Notes: generated by a model not told the origin, from the sequence alone. 64,000 nucleotides of DNA from a bacterium (GCA_037139975.1 JBAXFJ010000001.1:171017-235016); one strand, 5' to 3'; counted from the first letter of the stretch, positions 10,357-20,137 are shown. Numbers and translations: made by a program.

Positions 10357-11355
10357 ATGCAATTACAGTCAATTCATGATGCGGATATAGCAGAAAAACG
10401 TGTCCTGCTGCGCGTTGACTTCAACGTACCGTTTACAGACAGTGGTGCTATAGCTGAAGACTCGCGCATCAAAGCAGTGGTGCCGACCATTGTGCTGCTC
10501 AAGCAAAAAGGGGCTGCACACATCACCCTCATGACTCACGTGGGGCGACCCGAGGGAAAGGTGGACGAGGCGTTGCGTACGGCGCCACTCTTCAAATATC
10601 TCAGTGAGCTGACTGACACCACAGGGGTCGAGATGCTTGAAAACCTGCGTTTTGATGCGCGCGAAGAAGTAAACGACGTGGGGTTTGCACAAGAACTCGC
10701 GTCGCATGGTGATGTGTTTGTGAACGATGCGTTTGCGGTGTGTCACCGGGCGGCGGCTTCTACGGTTGGCGTTGCGGCATTCCTGCCCGCGTACGCGGGC
10801 TTGTTGGTTGAAAAAGAAGTTGCACATCTCTCTGAAGCGCTCATGCCGCCTGTGGGTTCTGTAGCGATTATCGGCGGGGCAAAGCTCGAGACCAAATTAC
10901 CTCTCATCGCGCAGTTTTCTTCTTTGTATACAAAAGTGTGTGTCGGCGGTGCGCTTGCAAACGAGTATGCGCCAACAGCAAACGACACCAACGTATCGCT
11001 CCCGAGCGATGGGGTGCCCCAACACCAAGGAATGCTTGATATTGGCCCACAGACTGCTGCTGCATGGGCAGAAGAGATACGGCGTGCGCCGTTTGTGCTG
11101 TGGAATGGTCCAGTGGGTATGTATGAAAAGCCGGAGTATCGGCACGGCACCGACACGCTTGCTCGGGCAATTGCCGAGGGTTCGTGCCGCGCAGTCTTGG
11201 GTGGTGGGGACACCGACGCGGCGCTCGCGCAGTTCACCTTTGACTCGGAGCGCGTCTTTATCTCAACCGGCGGGGGAGCTATGCTCGAGTTTTTGGCCAA
11301 TGGCGGCACATTGCCCGCGCTTGAAGTGCTTAAAAATCCTAAGGTTAAACCTTAG
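10357..11355 (+). CDS. pgk: Phosphoglycerate kinase (short form)
   Basis: RVDFNVP, LENLRF, VNDAF, WNGPVG, STGGGA. Confidence 0.96.
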   Translation: MQLQSIHDADIAEKRVLLRVDFNVPFTDSGAIAEDSRIKAVVPTIVLLKQKGAAHITLMTHVGRPEGKVDEALRTAPLFKYLSELTDTTGVEMLENLRFDAREEVNDVGFAQELASHGDVFVNDAFAVCHRAAASTVGVAAFLPAYAGLLVEKEVAHLSEALMPPVGSVAIIGGAKLETKLPLIAQFSSLYTKVCVGGALANEYAPTANDTNVSLPSDGVPQHQGMLDIGPQTAAAWAEEIRRAPFVLWNGPVGMYEKPEYRHGTDTLARAIAEGSCRAVLGGGDTDAALAQFTFDSERVFISTGGGAMLEFLANGGTLPALEVLKNPKVKP

Positions 11356-11359
11356 GATT
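11335..11359. repeat. Palindromic element, copy 2, at the convergent pgk/HIT junction
   Basis: aatcctaaggttaaaccttaggatt. Confidence 0.85.
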
Positions 11360-11698
11360 AAATTTTGAAGGAATCAGGTGGATGTGTACATGCGGTATAT
11401 CCAACCCATCGATGCGGAGTTTTATGAAATCAGCCGCGTATTCAGCTTTTAGCTCTTGAGCAATCCTTTTTGCTTCTCGAAAGAGTGTGTCTGAAAGCTG
11501 GTTAGGCATATCCTGGAACCATGGGTGGTGCGCGACCGGTATCACAAGCGTGTGTCCGGGGGCTTTTGGGTTTGCATCAAGAAACGAAACCACAGCGCCC
11601 TCTGCGCGGTGAACCTTGCGCGAAGATATCTCGCCCGCTGCTATCTTACAAAAAACGCAGTCTGCTACTTTTGCCCCTGTTTCTTCTATTTTTTCCAT
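11345..11698 (-). CDS. HIT family nucleotide hydrolase
   Basis: CVFCKI, PGHTLVIP, HVHIHLIP histidine triad. Confidence 0.95.
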   Translation of the reverse strand: MEKIEETGAKVADCVFCKIAAGEISSRKVHRAEGAVVSFLDANPKAPGHTLVIPVAHHPWFQDMPNQLSDTLFREAKRIAQELKAEYAADFIKLRIDGLDIPHVHIHLIPSKFNPKV

Positions 11699-11729
11699 AT
11701 ATGTATCATACACAGTATACTAAATTCTC

Positions 11730-13514
11730 ATGGCGACGGTATACAGGCTACGGGAAAGGGTACACGCAGAGCTTATTCCCGATTTGTTGCACACACGCGG
11801 GGTGTTGAGCGAGGAGGATGTAGGCAAGTTTCTTGCGCCTGATTTTATTCGTGACTCGCACGACCCGTTTTTGCTGCCCGACATGGGCAAGGCGGTCGAG
11901 CGCGTCCTGTTTGCGCGGAGCAGTGGCGAAAAAGTTGCGGTGTGGAGCGACTACGACTGCGACGGCATCCCCGGCGGCGTGCTGTTGACCGAATTTTTGC
12001 GCGCGGTGGGTCTTAGTGTTCGGCACTATATTCCGCACCGTCATGCCGAGGGTTATGGTATGAACGAAACAGGTATCCAAACTCTTGTTGAAGAAGGCGT
12101 CACGCTCATCGTCACTGTGGACTTGGGCACCACCGAGCACGGGCCGATTGCGTTTGCCAAAGAGAAGGGAATTGATGTGATTGTGACTGATCACCACGTC
12201 GTTTTGTCGGCTCCAGAAGAAAGCCTTCCACAAAGGTCCTCGGATCTCCCTCGCTCGTCTTCGGACGAGCTTCGGGCCAGACCATTTGTTTCAGACTTTC
12301 TTCTTGTGCCTATTCTTCCCAAAGATGCGTTTGCCGTCATAAATCCAAAAAGACCTGACAGCACATATCCATTTGATGGCCTGTGTGGAGCAGGAGTTGC
12401 GTGGAAATTGGTGCAGGGCATCTTGTTGAAGTTGCGGATAGGTGGCACTTTTTCTGAATATCCAGAAGGACGGGAAAAGTGGCTGCTTGACCTAGTTGGC
12501 ATGGCCACGCTTTCGGACATGGTGCCGCTCATTGATGAAAACCGGATGCTCGCGCGTTGTGGACTCATTGTGATGCGCAAGGCACGCAGGCCTGGGCTCG
12601 CTGCGCTTTTGTCGCTGTTGCGCATCAGTCCACCATCAATTACCGAGGATGACATCGGGTTTATGATCGCCCCGCGTATCAACGCCGCTTCGCGCATGGG
12701 TTCGCCCGAGAGCGCGGCGCTGCTTTTGCGCAGCGAGACGCTCGAGGAGGCAAAGGGGCACGCGCGAGTGCTCAATAGTATTAATGATGAACGCAAAAGC
12801 GCCGTTGCAGTGACGGTTAAAGAAGTCAACAAAAGACTGGAAGCGTCCGGTCTGTCGGAAAGCCCTGTCATCGTGATGGGTAGTACTGGTTGGCGGCCAG
12901 GCATTTTGGGGCTGGTCGCCAATTCGCTGATGCAAAAACATGGTAAACCGGTCTTTTTGTGGGGCAGGGAAGGGGGTGAGCTTCTGCGCGGTTCGTGCCG
13001 CTCGAGCGGTGAGGTGTCGGTGGTTGACCTGATGCACGGCGCAGTAGACGTCTTTGACCACTGTGGTGGTCACGCGGCATCGGGCGGCTTCTCGCTCGAC
13101 GAGGGGCGCGCACACGAGCTCTTGCCGCGGCTCGTCGCCTCCTATCAAGCGCTGATGGGCACTGCCGCTCAAGTAGTAAAAGAAGTAGTGGTCGACCGCG
13201 AACTCGACTTGGCTGAGACGAGCCGCGCACACAGAGAATTAAAACAACTCGCGCCTTTTGGGGTACAAAACGAAAAGCCGCTGTTTCTTTTCCCCAATAT
13301 AGACATCGGCCCCGTGCGCACCTTTGGCAAAAATACTGACCATCTTGACATCAAATTGGGCAAGAGCGGCATGCAGGTGCCCGGCATCGCATTCTTTTCG
13401 ACTCCTGAATCATTTCAAAAAACTCCAACAGTTGGCACAAAAGCTGACATCGTGGGTCACGTCGAGACCGACTGGCGCGGCGGTCCTCGCATCCGTGTAG
13501 TCGATGTGCTGTAG
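11730..13514 (+). CDS. recJ: ssDNA exonuclease RecJ
   Basis: DYDCDG, TDHH, APRINAASR, GSCRS, GGHAASGG. Confidence 0.96.
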   Translation: MATVYRLRERVHAELIPDLLHTRGVLSEEDVGKFLAPDFIRDSHDPFLLPDMGKAVERVLFARSSGEKVAVWSDYDCDGIPGGVLLTEFLRAVGLSVRHYIPHRHAEGYGMNETGIQTLVEEGVTLIVTVDLGTTEHGPIAFAKEKGIDVIVTDHHVVLSAPEESLPQRSSDLPRSSSDELRARPFVSDFLLVPILPKDAFAVINPKRPDSTYPFDGLCGAGVAWKLVQGILLKLRIGGTFSEYPEGREKWLLDLVGMATLSDMVPLIDENRMLARCGLIVMRKARRPGLAALLSLLRISPPSITEDDIGFMIAPRINAASRMGSPESAALLLRSETLEEAKGHARVLNSINDERKSAVAVTVKEVNKRLEASGLSESPVIVMGSTGWRPGILGLVANSLMQKHGKPVFLWGREGGELLRGSCRSSGEVSVVDLMHGAVDVFDHCGGHAASGGFSLDEGRAHELLPRLVASYQALMGTAAQVVKEVVVDRELDLAETSRAHRELKQLAPFGVQNEKPLFLFPNIDIGPVRTFGKNTDHLDIKLGKSGMQVPGIAFFSTPESFQKTPTVGTKADIVGHVETDWRGGPRIRVVDVL

Positions 13515-13562
13515 AAAAATTTTTCGCGTTATACTGCAAGCACTGAATACAGAGAAGTTTTT

Positions 13563-14300
13563 ATGCCCAAAGAAACAAACGAGAAAGAAAAAGTTTTGAT
13601 ATTTGCCGATGGGGCATCAAAAGGCAACCCGGGTCGGGGTGGTTGGGGAGCCTTGATTTCGGGTAATGGAGAAGTGGTTGAGTTGGGTGGTGCCGAAGCG
13701 CACACAACAAACAATAGGATGGAATTAACCGCGGCGCTGTCTGCGCTTGAATATGTAGGCGGTCGTGTGGTGAGGGCTGTTGTTGTGCACACCGACTCGT
13801 CGTATGTGATAAACGGCATCACGAAGTGGGTCGCGGGCTGGCAGCGTAGTGGCTGGCTGACTAAAGAAAAGAAACCGGTTTTGAATCGAGACTTGTGGGA
13901 AAAATTAGCAGCAACAGTTGAAAGTTTAAAAAACAGCGGGGCAAAAATCTCTTGGCAGCATGTGGGAGGGCATGTGGGGGTGGCGGGCAACGAGCGCGTT
14001 GACGAAATCGCTTCTAGTTTTGCTGAAGGTGCGCCCAGTAAACTTTTTACCGGTAAGCGGAGTGATTACACACACGAGATAGAAAATATTTCACATAATC
14101 CAGAAAAAGCCTCGGGCAAAACAGCAAACAAAACTCACTCACGTGCAAAAGCGTATTCCTATGTCTCAATGGTTGACGGCACAGTGGTGACACACAAGAC
14201 GTGGGGTGAGTGCGAGGCGCGAGTCAAAGGCAAGATGGCTCGGTTCAAAAAGGCGACATCTCCGAGTGAAGAAGCAGCGATTATCAAAGAATTTTCATAA
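13563..14300 (+). CDS. rnhA: Ribonuclease HI with a C-terminal hybrid-binding (viroplasmin-like) domain
   Basis: DGASKGNPG, TNNRMEL, TDSSY, GNERVD; C-terminal TWGECEARVKG. Confidence 0.93.
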   Translation: MPKETNEKEKVLIFADGASKGNPGRGGWGALISGNGEVVELGGAEAHTTNNRMELTAALSALEYVGGRVVRAVVVHTDSSYVINGITKWVAGWQRSGWLTKEKKPVLNRDLWEKLAATVESLKNSGAKISWQHVGGHVGVAGNERVDEIASSFAEGAPSKLFTGKRSDYTHEIENISHNPEKASGKTANKTHSRAKAYSYVSMVDGTVVTHKTWGECEARVKGKMARFKKATSPSEEAAIIKEFS

Positions 14301-14315
14301 ATAAACACTAAGGCC

Positions 14316-15677
14316 ATGAAAAGAGGCTGGCTCGTGGTCGCGGTGATCGTGTATGTGGCGCTGTTTGCTGTGCGTTTCCACATTCTTTTGCAACATGAAA
14401 AGGCGCAGACATTGTCCAGTTTTGTGGGGCAAAAGGTGGTGGTGGTTGGGCGTGTTGCCGACGACCCAGACAAACGCGAGACCTCGTTGCACCTCACAGT
14501 TGAGGTTGAAAAAGTTGATGGAGCGCCTGCACGTGGTGGGTTGCTCGCGCTGGTGCCGCGCGAAAGTCCTGTGGTGTATGGCGACGAGGTCGAAGTGAGT
14601 GGCAAGCTGGTAGCACCGCAGAACTTCGAGACCGACACGGGCCACATCTTTGACTACCCAAGTTACCTGCGCGTGCGCGGTATCTCTGTGGAAGTTCCCC
14701 GGGCAACACTCGTGCGCCGAGTTCCCGTGGGTCCCTCGCTGCAGGGCGTACTCTTTTCTTTGAAGCATGCGTTCGAGAGCTCGCTCGACCGGCTCTTTTT
14801 TGAGCCCCAAAACGCGCTCCTGCAAGGCATTTTGCTTGGCGAGCGGCGCGGCATCCCCAAAGACCTCACCCAAGCGTTTGTAGAAAGCGGTTTGGTGCAC
14901 GTAGTGGTGCTGTCGGGCTACAACATCTCGATTGTGTCTGAGGGTGTTTTCCGCGCGCTCGCGTTCCTACCGCGCACGCTCAGCTTCGCGACCGGCGGGT
15001 TCACCATGGTTCTCTTTGCGCTCCTGGTGGGTGGCGGGGCGACCACCATTCGCGCGCTCATCATGGCGGGCATCGCGCTCCTGGCGCGCTATATGCACCG
15101 CTCGGCCGTCGCCCTGCGCTCGCTCGTTGTTGCCGCCGCCGCAATGGCGCTGTGGAACCCGCTCGTGGTTTTATATGACCCGTCGTTTATTTTGAGCGTC
15201 TTGGCAACCTTTGGGCTCATCACCCTCTCCCCTTGGGTCGAGGGATACATCAATCGCATAAAACTTTTGCAGCACCCGCGCCTTGCGGGCGCTCGCTCGA
15301 TAGCCGCTTCAACCATCGCCGTCGAGATTTTCGTTTTGCCCGTGCTGCTCTATTTTTCTGGCGTTCTCTCGTTTCTTTCCGTTCCGGCAAACGTCCTCGC
15401 GCTTCCTATTGTGCCTGCGGCAATGCTGTTGGGGTTCGTCTCTGGCCTGCTTGGGTTTGTCCCGAGCGCCCTTGGCGCCACGCTTGCATTCCTCCCCACG
15501 CTTGGGACCGATCTGCTCCTGCGTTGGATGCTGTTGGTCACCACCATTGTCGCTGCCGTCCCATTTGGTGTCGCCATCATCCCCGAATTCTCTGGCTGGC
15601 TGGTCCTCGCCTGCTACATTCCACTCACCTGGTTCGCCGTGGGGAAGTATAGAAAGAGTGACGGCGTGATAGAATGA
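14316..15677 (+). CDS. comEC: ComEC/Rec2 competence channel (OB and membrane domains)
   Basis: SGLVHVVVLSGYNI, IRALIM, DPSFILS. Confidence 0.92.
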   Translation: MKRGWLVVAVIVYVALFAVRFHILLQHEKAQTLSSFVGQKVVVVGRVADDPDKRETSLHLTVEVEKVDGAPARGGLLALVPRESPVVYGDEVEVSGKLVAPQNFETDTGHIFDYPSYLRVRGISVEVPRATLVRRVPVGPSLQGVLFSLKHAFESSLDRLFFEPQNALLQGILLGERRGIPKDLTQAFVESGLVHVVVLSGYNISIVSEGVFRALAFLPRTLSFATGGFTMVLFALLVGGGATTIRALIMAGIALLARYMHRSAVALRSLVVAAAAMALWNPLVVLYDPSFILSVLATFGLITLSPWVEGYINRIKLLQHPRLAGARSIAASTIAVEIFVLPVLLYFSGVLSFLSVPANVLALPIVPAAMLLGFVSGLLGFVPSALGATLAFLPTLGTDLLLRWMLLVTTIVAAVPFGVAIIPEFSGWLVLACYIPLTWFAVGKYRKSDGVIE

Positions 15678-15793
15678 AGAACATGACAGCCTTTGGAGAA
15701 GTAAGTGATATTACTAATATCAATACCTATTCGCCAAGTTTTGAGTTTCTCAAAACAGAGCCTGACTTGTACTCTGTTTCAGATTTAATCTAA
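15674..15793 (+). CDS. Small hypothetical peptide (36-39 aa)
   Basis: MKNMTAFGEVSDITNINTYSPSFEFLKTEPDLYSVSDLI; ATG overlaps the comEC stop; second ATG at 15683 lies 7 nt after TAGAAT. Confidence 0.45.
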   Translation: MKNMTAFGEVSDITNINTYSPSFEFLKTEPDLYSVSDLI

Positions 15794-16404
15794 TTACTCA
15801 CCTCTGCAAACCGCTCTTCTATCACGCCCCAATTCAGGTTTTTAAAGAAAGCGTCGATGTATTTTGTTTTTCCGGCGGCACCATGGTCGAGCAGGTAGGC
15901 GTGCTCCCACACATCGAGAGCCAAGATAATGGGCAGTGTCGCAAAGTGGCCTTGGTGTTGCTCGCCTGCAAACCCCGCGAGAAACTGTTTTGCTTGTGGG
16001 TCCCAGTAAAGTATCGCCCAGCCCGGGCCGCGCATATTTCCGATGGCTTTGAGGTAGGGCTCGATATGCTCGGCTTTCATGTATTCTTTTTCAAGTTGCT
16101 TGCTCAAGGGATTTTCTGCCTCAAGCGCTTTTGCCCCACCTTCAAATTGTGCAAAGTACAGTTCGTGCAGGCGCATGCCATCGAATTCGAACGAGCGGCG
16201 GCGAATGAGTTCAGAAAGCGCGTGTGCGTTCTTCCCCGCCTGACCGGCCGGCAGGTCCATGTCTTTTGCATACTCGGGCAGCAGCGCCGATATTGCATTA
16301 AAATTTTTGACATATCCGGCATAGAGGCCCAAGTGTTCTTCCACTGACTTGGTCGAGATGCCGTCGAGCTCAGGGATAGTAAACTTTTTTTCTTCGTACG
16401 TCAT
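15790..16404 (-). CDS. sod: Fe/Mn superoxide dismutase
   Basis: LHELYF and LALDVWEHAY motifs. Confidence 0.93.
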   Translation of the reverse strand: MTYEEKKFTIPELDGISTKSVEEHLGLYAGYVKNFNAISALLPEYAKDMDLPAGQAGKNAHALSELIRRRSFEFDGMRLHELYFAQFEGGAKALEAENPLSKQLEKEYMKAEHIEPYLKAIGNMRGPGWAILYWDPQAKQFLAGFAGEQHQGHFATLPIILALDVWEHAYLLDHGAAGKTKYIDAFFKNLNWGVIEERFAEVSN

Positions 16405-16520
16405 GTTGATTCAGAAAGTTGTTATGATTTGATAATTTAATGTATGTAACTATAGCATAGCAGGCAGTTGTGTTTCTGGTATGAATTGTTACCCTTTAGT
16501 CGGAAGTAGGGGGATTTCCC

Positions 16521-17375
16521 ATGAGCAAAACAAGAAGTCCGGCAGCTGGAACTCCACTGTCGTGGCCTATCATCGAGCGGTTGTCGGCCATTCACATTCT
16601 CGGATTATTCGGGGTGTGGTACCTAATCGCTGTTGCGCACTCTGCACGAACCGTGGCGTTCGCGTTGCTATGGTTTTTTCTATGTCACTTGGCAACAACC
16701 ACGGGGCCGCATCGGTTGTATGCGCACGGTGCGTATGCCGCCACAAAGATGCTTGAGGTGTTTCTGCTCCTCTTTTCAGCGGCCACGTTTCAAGGGCCGG
16801 CGATGTGGTGGGCAGCAATGCACCAAAGGCATCATGCGCACAGCGATACCGACAGAGACCCATACAGCGTTGTTCACGGTTTCTGGTGGGCGCACGTGGG
16901 ATGGATGTTGCGTGTACCACAAAGCCCAAAAGAGTTAGTGAGGTTCCGGAAAAACCAACTCATTCAACTCCAGGCGAAGTACTACGAATGGGTAGCGCCG
17001 ACCATGGCGTTTCTCCTACCGGCTCTCATCGCGTCGCTGTGGGGTGACTTCTGGGGAGGGCTTCTGGTTGCAGGGTTCTTGCGACTGGTCGTGCAATTTC
17101 ACCTCACGTGGATAATCAACTCATGGGCGCACTCGTTTGGTACTCGTCGCTATGGAGGAACTGGCTCTGCGCGTACCAACTGGTGGCTCGCTATCCCCAC
17201 CGTTGGGGAGAGTCTCCATGAGCGGCACCATCTGGCCGAACAAGCCGCCTGGTTTAGTACGTACTGGTACGACATAGACCCTGGAGGTTTCTTTATTCGT
17301 TGCTGCGTTTGGGTTGGGCTCGCTTCCAATCCAAAAGCAGTTTCGGAAGAAGAAGTGTACGCAAAAGCGCGGTAA
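16521..17375 (+). CDS. Membrane fatty-acid desaturase (Delta-9/OLE1/DesC-like)
   Basis: His boxes HRLYAH, HQRHH, HERHH; DTDRDPYS, GFWWAHVGW, INSWAH, WYDIDP. Confidence 0.93.
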   Translation: MSKTRSPAAGTPLSWPIIERLSAIHILGLFGVWYLIAVAHSARTVAFALLWFFLCHLATTTGPHRLYAHGAYAATKMLEVFLLLFSAATFQGPAMWWAAMHQRHHAHSDTDRDPYSVVHGFWWAHVGWMLRVPQSPKELVRFRKNQLIQLQAKYYEWVAPTMAFLLPALIASLWGDFWGGLLVAGFLRLVVQFHLTWIINSWAHSFGTRRYGGTGSARTNWWLAIPTVGESLHERHHLAEQAAWFSTYWYDIDPGGFFIRCCVWVGLASNPKAVSEEEVYAKAR

Positions 17376-17394
17376 ACCCATGTATCTAATCGAA

Positions 17395-17427
17395 CGCCCC
17401 CGCAGCAATGCTCGGGGCATTTTTTTA
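17395..17427 (+). terminator. Intrinsic terminator after the desaturase
   Basis: gcccc(cgcagcaatgctc)ggggc hairpin followed by a T-run. Confidence 0.7.
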
Positions 17428-17453
17428 CCCTATACTAAAAACACTAAACTCGA

Positions 17454-18344
17454 ATGGATTTTTTGAAAAAATACCAAAGATACGCGCCACTCGTTTTGCT
17501 TGGCGCTCTCGCAGTTTTTTGCGCTGTGGTGTGGGTGCGGGTGGGGGCAGAGACGCCAAGTGGCCTACTCAAGGTTGCGGTGCTCGATGTGGGCCAAGGC
17601 GACGCCATATATATCGAGTCGCCTACGGGCGAGCAGCTGCTCATCGATGGCGGACCCGATGGCTCGCTCTTGCGCCAGCTGTCCAAAATCATGCCATTGT
17701 TTGACCGCTCCATCGACGTGGCGCTCGAGACACACCCACACGCCGACCACGTTATGGGTTTTATTGACTTGTTCAAGCGCTACTCGGTGGGCGCGTTCAT
17801 CGAGCCGGGCGTTGTCTATAAGGGGACAGAGGTGGATGCACTTGAGCAAGAAATTGATGATCAAAAAATTCCACGTTACTTGGCTCGGCGGGGAATGGTT
17901 GTTGATTTGGGTGGCGGGGCAGTGCTCACCATTCTTTGGCCGCAAAGTGACGTAACGCATATTCCCGAAAGCCATGTGCACGAAGGCAATGTGGTTGCGC
18001 GCCTGACCTATGGCAAAACATCTGTTTTGTTGATGGGTGACGCGCCCAAAGACGTCGAGGCAAAACTCTTGGCCGAAAAGGATGCGCTTGCAAAAGAGAG
18101 TCTCAAAAGTGATGTGCTCAAGGTTGGTCACCACGGTTCACGCACTTCCTCAGGGGACGCTTTCATCGCCGTTGTGCACCCAGCGTTTGCCGCCATCTCG
18201 GTGGGTGCCCACAATATGTACAAGTTGCCCAACCAAGAACCGATAGACTCGCTTACTAAGCTAGGCGCGCACGTGTTCCGTACCGACCAAGTGGGCACTA
18301 TTTTATTTGAATCCGATGGTCAAACTTTTTGGAAAATGCAGTAG
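17454..18344 (+). CDS. ComEC-type metallo-beta-lactamase domain protein (split ComEC C-terminal part)
   Basis: LDVGQGDA, THPHADH, LKVGHHGS. Confidence 0.92.
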   Translation: MDFLKKYQRYAPLVLLGALAVFCAVVWVRVGAETPSGLLKVAVLDVGQGDAIYIESPTGEQLLIDGGPDGSLLRQLSKIMPLFDRSIDVALETHPHADHVMGFIDLFKRYSVGAFIEPGVVYKGTEVDALEQEIDDQKIPRYLARRGMVVDLGGGAVLTILWPQSDVTHIPESHVHEGNVVARLTYGKTSVLLMGDAPKDVEAKLLAEKDALAKESLKSDVLKVGHHGSRTSSGDAFIAVVHPAFAAISVGAHNMYKLPNQEPIDSLTKLGAHVFRTDQVGTILFESDGQTFWKMQ

Positions 18345-18423
18345 CAAAGTAGACAACTGCATTGACATGTTGCATAGAAAGCGTAACATCAGAAACTAGA
18401 ACTGTTGGTAGAGGGGAACCGTT

Positions 18424-18624
18424 GTGAGTGACTCGGCCACTAATCGTCCTCCAGTCGGAGGTTATAAAACTCCGGGTTTGGGGGCTCATAAGCCTTCGCT
18501 CGCGTATCGAGAGACGCCTAAATCAAGTTGGCCTCCCGCAGCAACACTTTCCAGTTTTTCTCCTTGTCGGGATTGTGCAGGGTGTGATGCAGACACAATG
18601 CTGCATTGCTTTGTTAAGGTGTGA
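18424..18624 (+). CDS. Small Cys-motif hypothetical protein
   Basis: TTGACA-16-TAACAT promoter, GAGGGG RBS, GTG start, CRDCAGC...C motif, downstream terminator. Confidence 0.45.
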   Translation: MSDSATNRPPVGGYKTPGLGAHKPSLAYRETPKSSWPPAATLSSFSPCRDCAGCDADTMLHCFVKV

Positions 18625-18641
18625 TGCCAACGAACAAAAAC

Positions 18642-18685
18642 CGCCGCTCTTGATCAAATGATCAGGAAGCGGCGTTTTCTTTTTT
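18642..18685 (+). terminator. Intrinsic terminator (possibly bidirectional with rpmB)
   Basis: cgccgct..tgatc / gatca..agcggcg hairpin plus T-run; A-run on the 5' side. Confidence 0.7.
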
Positions 18686-18724
18686 ACAAATATCCAGGAC
18701 CGTCCTAGATATTTTGTAGTTATT

Positions 18725-18967
18725 TTATATAATTCCAGCTTTCAGAAGAGTTTTGTAGGCGCCGTTCTTGGCAATTGTCTTGATAGCTTGGGTCGAGAGG
18801 GTGAGGGTGATTGTTTTGTTGATTTCAGGGACAAAAATGCGCTTCTTCTGCAGGTTTGGCTGCTTGCGGACTTTGCCGGTTGGGTTGTATTTGGTCGCGC
18901 GGACGCGGTTGCTGTATCCGCCAGCAACTTTCGAGGTTTTTTGTGTGATTGGGCAAATTTTGGCCAT
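18725..18967 (-). CDS. rpmB: 50S ribosomal protein L28
   Basis: MAKICPIT..., RKQPNLQKKRIF. Confidence 0.9.
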   Translation of the reverse strand: MAKICPITQKTSKVAGGYSNRVRATKYNPTGKVRKQPNLQKKRIFVPEINKTITLTLSTQAIKTIAKNGAYKTLLKAGII

Positions 18968-19041
18968 ATATTCTTGCGTGCTTTGCTATGGTATCATGAA
19001 TTTGCGAATGCGCAAACTATGCGCATAGCCGTACAACCCTT

Positions 19042-19683
19042 ATGGATATAGTCTTTTCAATCATTATTCTCATTATTTCAGTCATCCTGCATGAGGTGGC
19101 CCATGGCTACATGGCCAACTGGCTCGGCGACCCCACAGCGCGCCTGGCTGGAAGGCTCACCCTCAACCCAACAAGCCACATCGACCCAACCGGCTCGGTC
19201 TTTTTGCCGTTCATCCTGTGGGCAGCTCAGAATTTCTCGCCGCATCCTGTCCTCATTGGCTATGCCAAGCCCGTGCCCTACAACCCCCACAACCTTCCGG
19301 GTAAATATGACGAGGCACTCGTGGCGGGCGCAGGGCCAGCAACCAACCTCTTTCTCGCATTGTTTTTTGGGCTGCTCATTCGTTTTGGTGGCGTTTCAAT
19401 GACCCCCGCTCTGTTTGCTGCATTGGGGACTATTGTCGCCACAAACTTGGTACTGGCACTGTTCAATCTCATACCCATTCCACCACTCGATGGTTCAAAG
19501 GTCTTGACGGTGCTTTTGCCGGGTGGAGTGGGGAGGGCGTATGCACACTTTCGTGCAAACTTTGAGCGAATGGGTGTCTTCTCAGGAACGCTGCTCATCC
19601 TGCTCTGTTTTTACTTCCGTTCACCATTTTTCTCGGACTTTCTGGCGTTTGCGTTTCGCCTTTTGACAGGGGTGAGCGCATAG
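19042..19683 (+). CDS. Site-2 protease (M50 family)
   Basis: HEVAHG and [10 protein letters not shown]. Confidence 0.95.
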   Translation: MDIVFSIIILIISVILHEVAHGYMANWLGDPTARLAGRLTLNPTSHIDPTGSVFLPFILWAAQNFSPHPVLIGYAKPVPYNPHNLPGKYDEALVAGAGPATNLFLALFFGLLIRFGGVSMTPALFAALGTIVATNLVLALFNLIPIPPLDGSKVLTVLLPGGVGRAYAHFRANFERMGVFSGTLLILLCFYFRSPFFSDFLAFAFRLLTGVSA

Positions 19684-19726
19684 AGTAGAGTGTCTGCAAG
19701 CGCTCAGGCGCGTTTTTAAATACCAC

Positions 19727-20137
19727 ATGGCTCGCATCTCACAACTTGTCCGCAAAGGACGCACACAACTCAAAACTAAATCAAAAGCGCCGGCACTCCA
19801 GCGCGGTTTCAACTCGCTCCAAAACCGCCCAACCTTCTATCCATCGCCTTTCAAGCGCGGCGTGTGCACCAAGGTAACCACCATGACCCCTCGCAAGCCA
19901 AACTCCGCTATCCGCAAAATCGCCCGCGTGCGCCTCACCAATGGCCAAGAGATCACCGCCTACATCCCCGGCGAGAAGCACAACCTCCAGGAGCACTCGG
20001 TGGTCGTGGTGCGTGCCGGCCGCGTGAAGGACATCAACGTGCGCTACCAGGTGGTGCGCGGTCGCCTCGATGCCGGTGGTGTCGAGAAGCGCAATGTGTC
20101 GCGCAGCCGCTATGGTGTGAAGAAGCCAAAAAAATAA
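19727..20137 (+). CDS. rpsL: 30S ribosomal protein S12
   Basis: [18 protein letters not shown]. Confidence 0.99.
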   Translation: MARISQLVRKGRTQLKTKSKAPALQRGFNSLQNRPTFYPSPFKRGVCTKVTTMTPRKPNSAIRKIARVRLTNGQEITAYIPGEKHNLQEHSVVVVRAGRVKDINVRYQVVRGRLDAGGVEKRNVSRSRYGVKKPKK

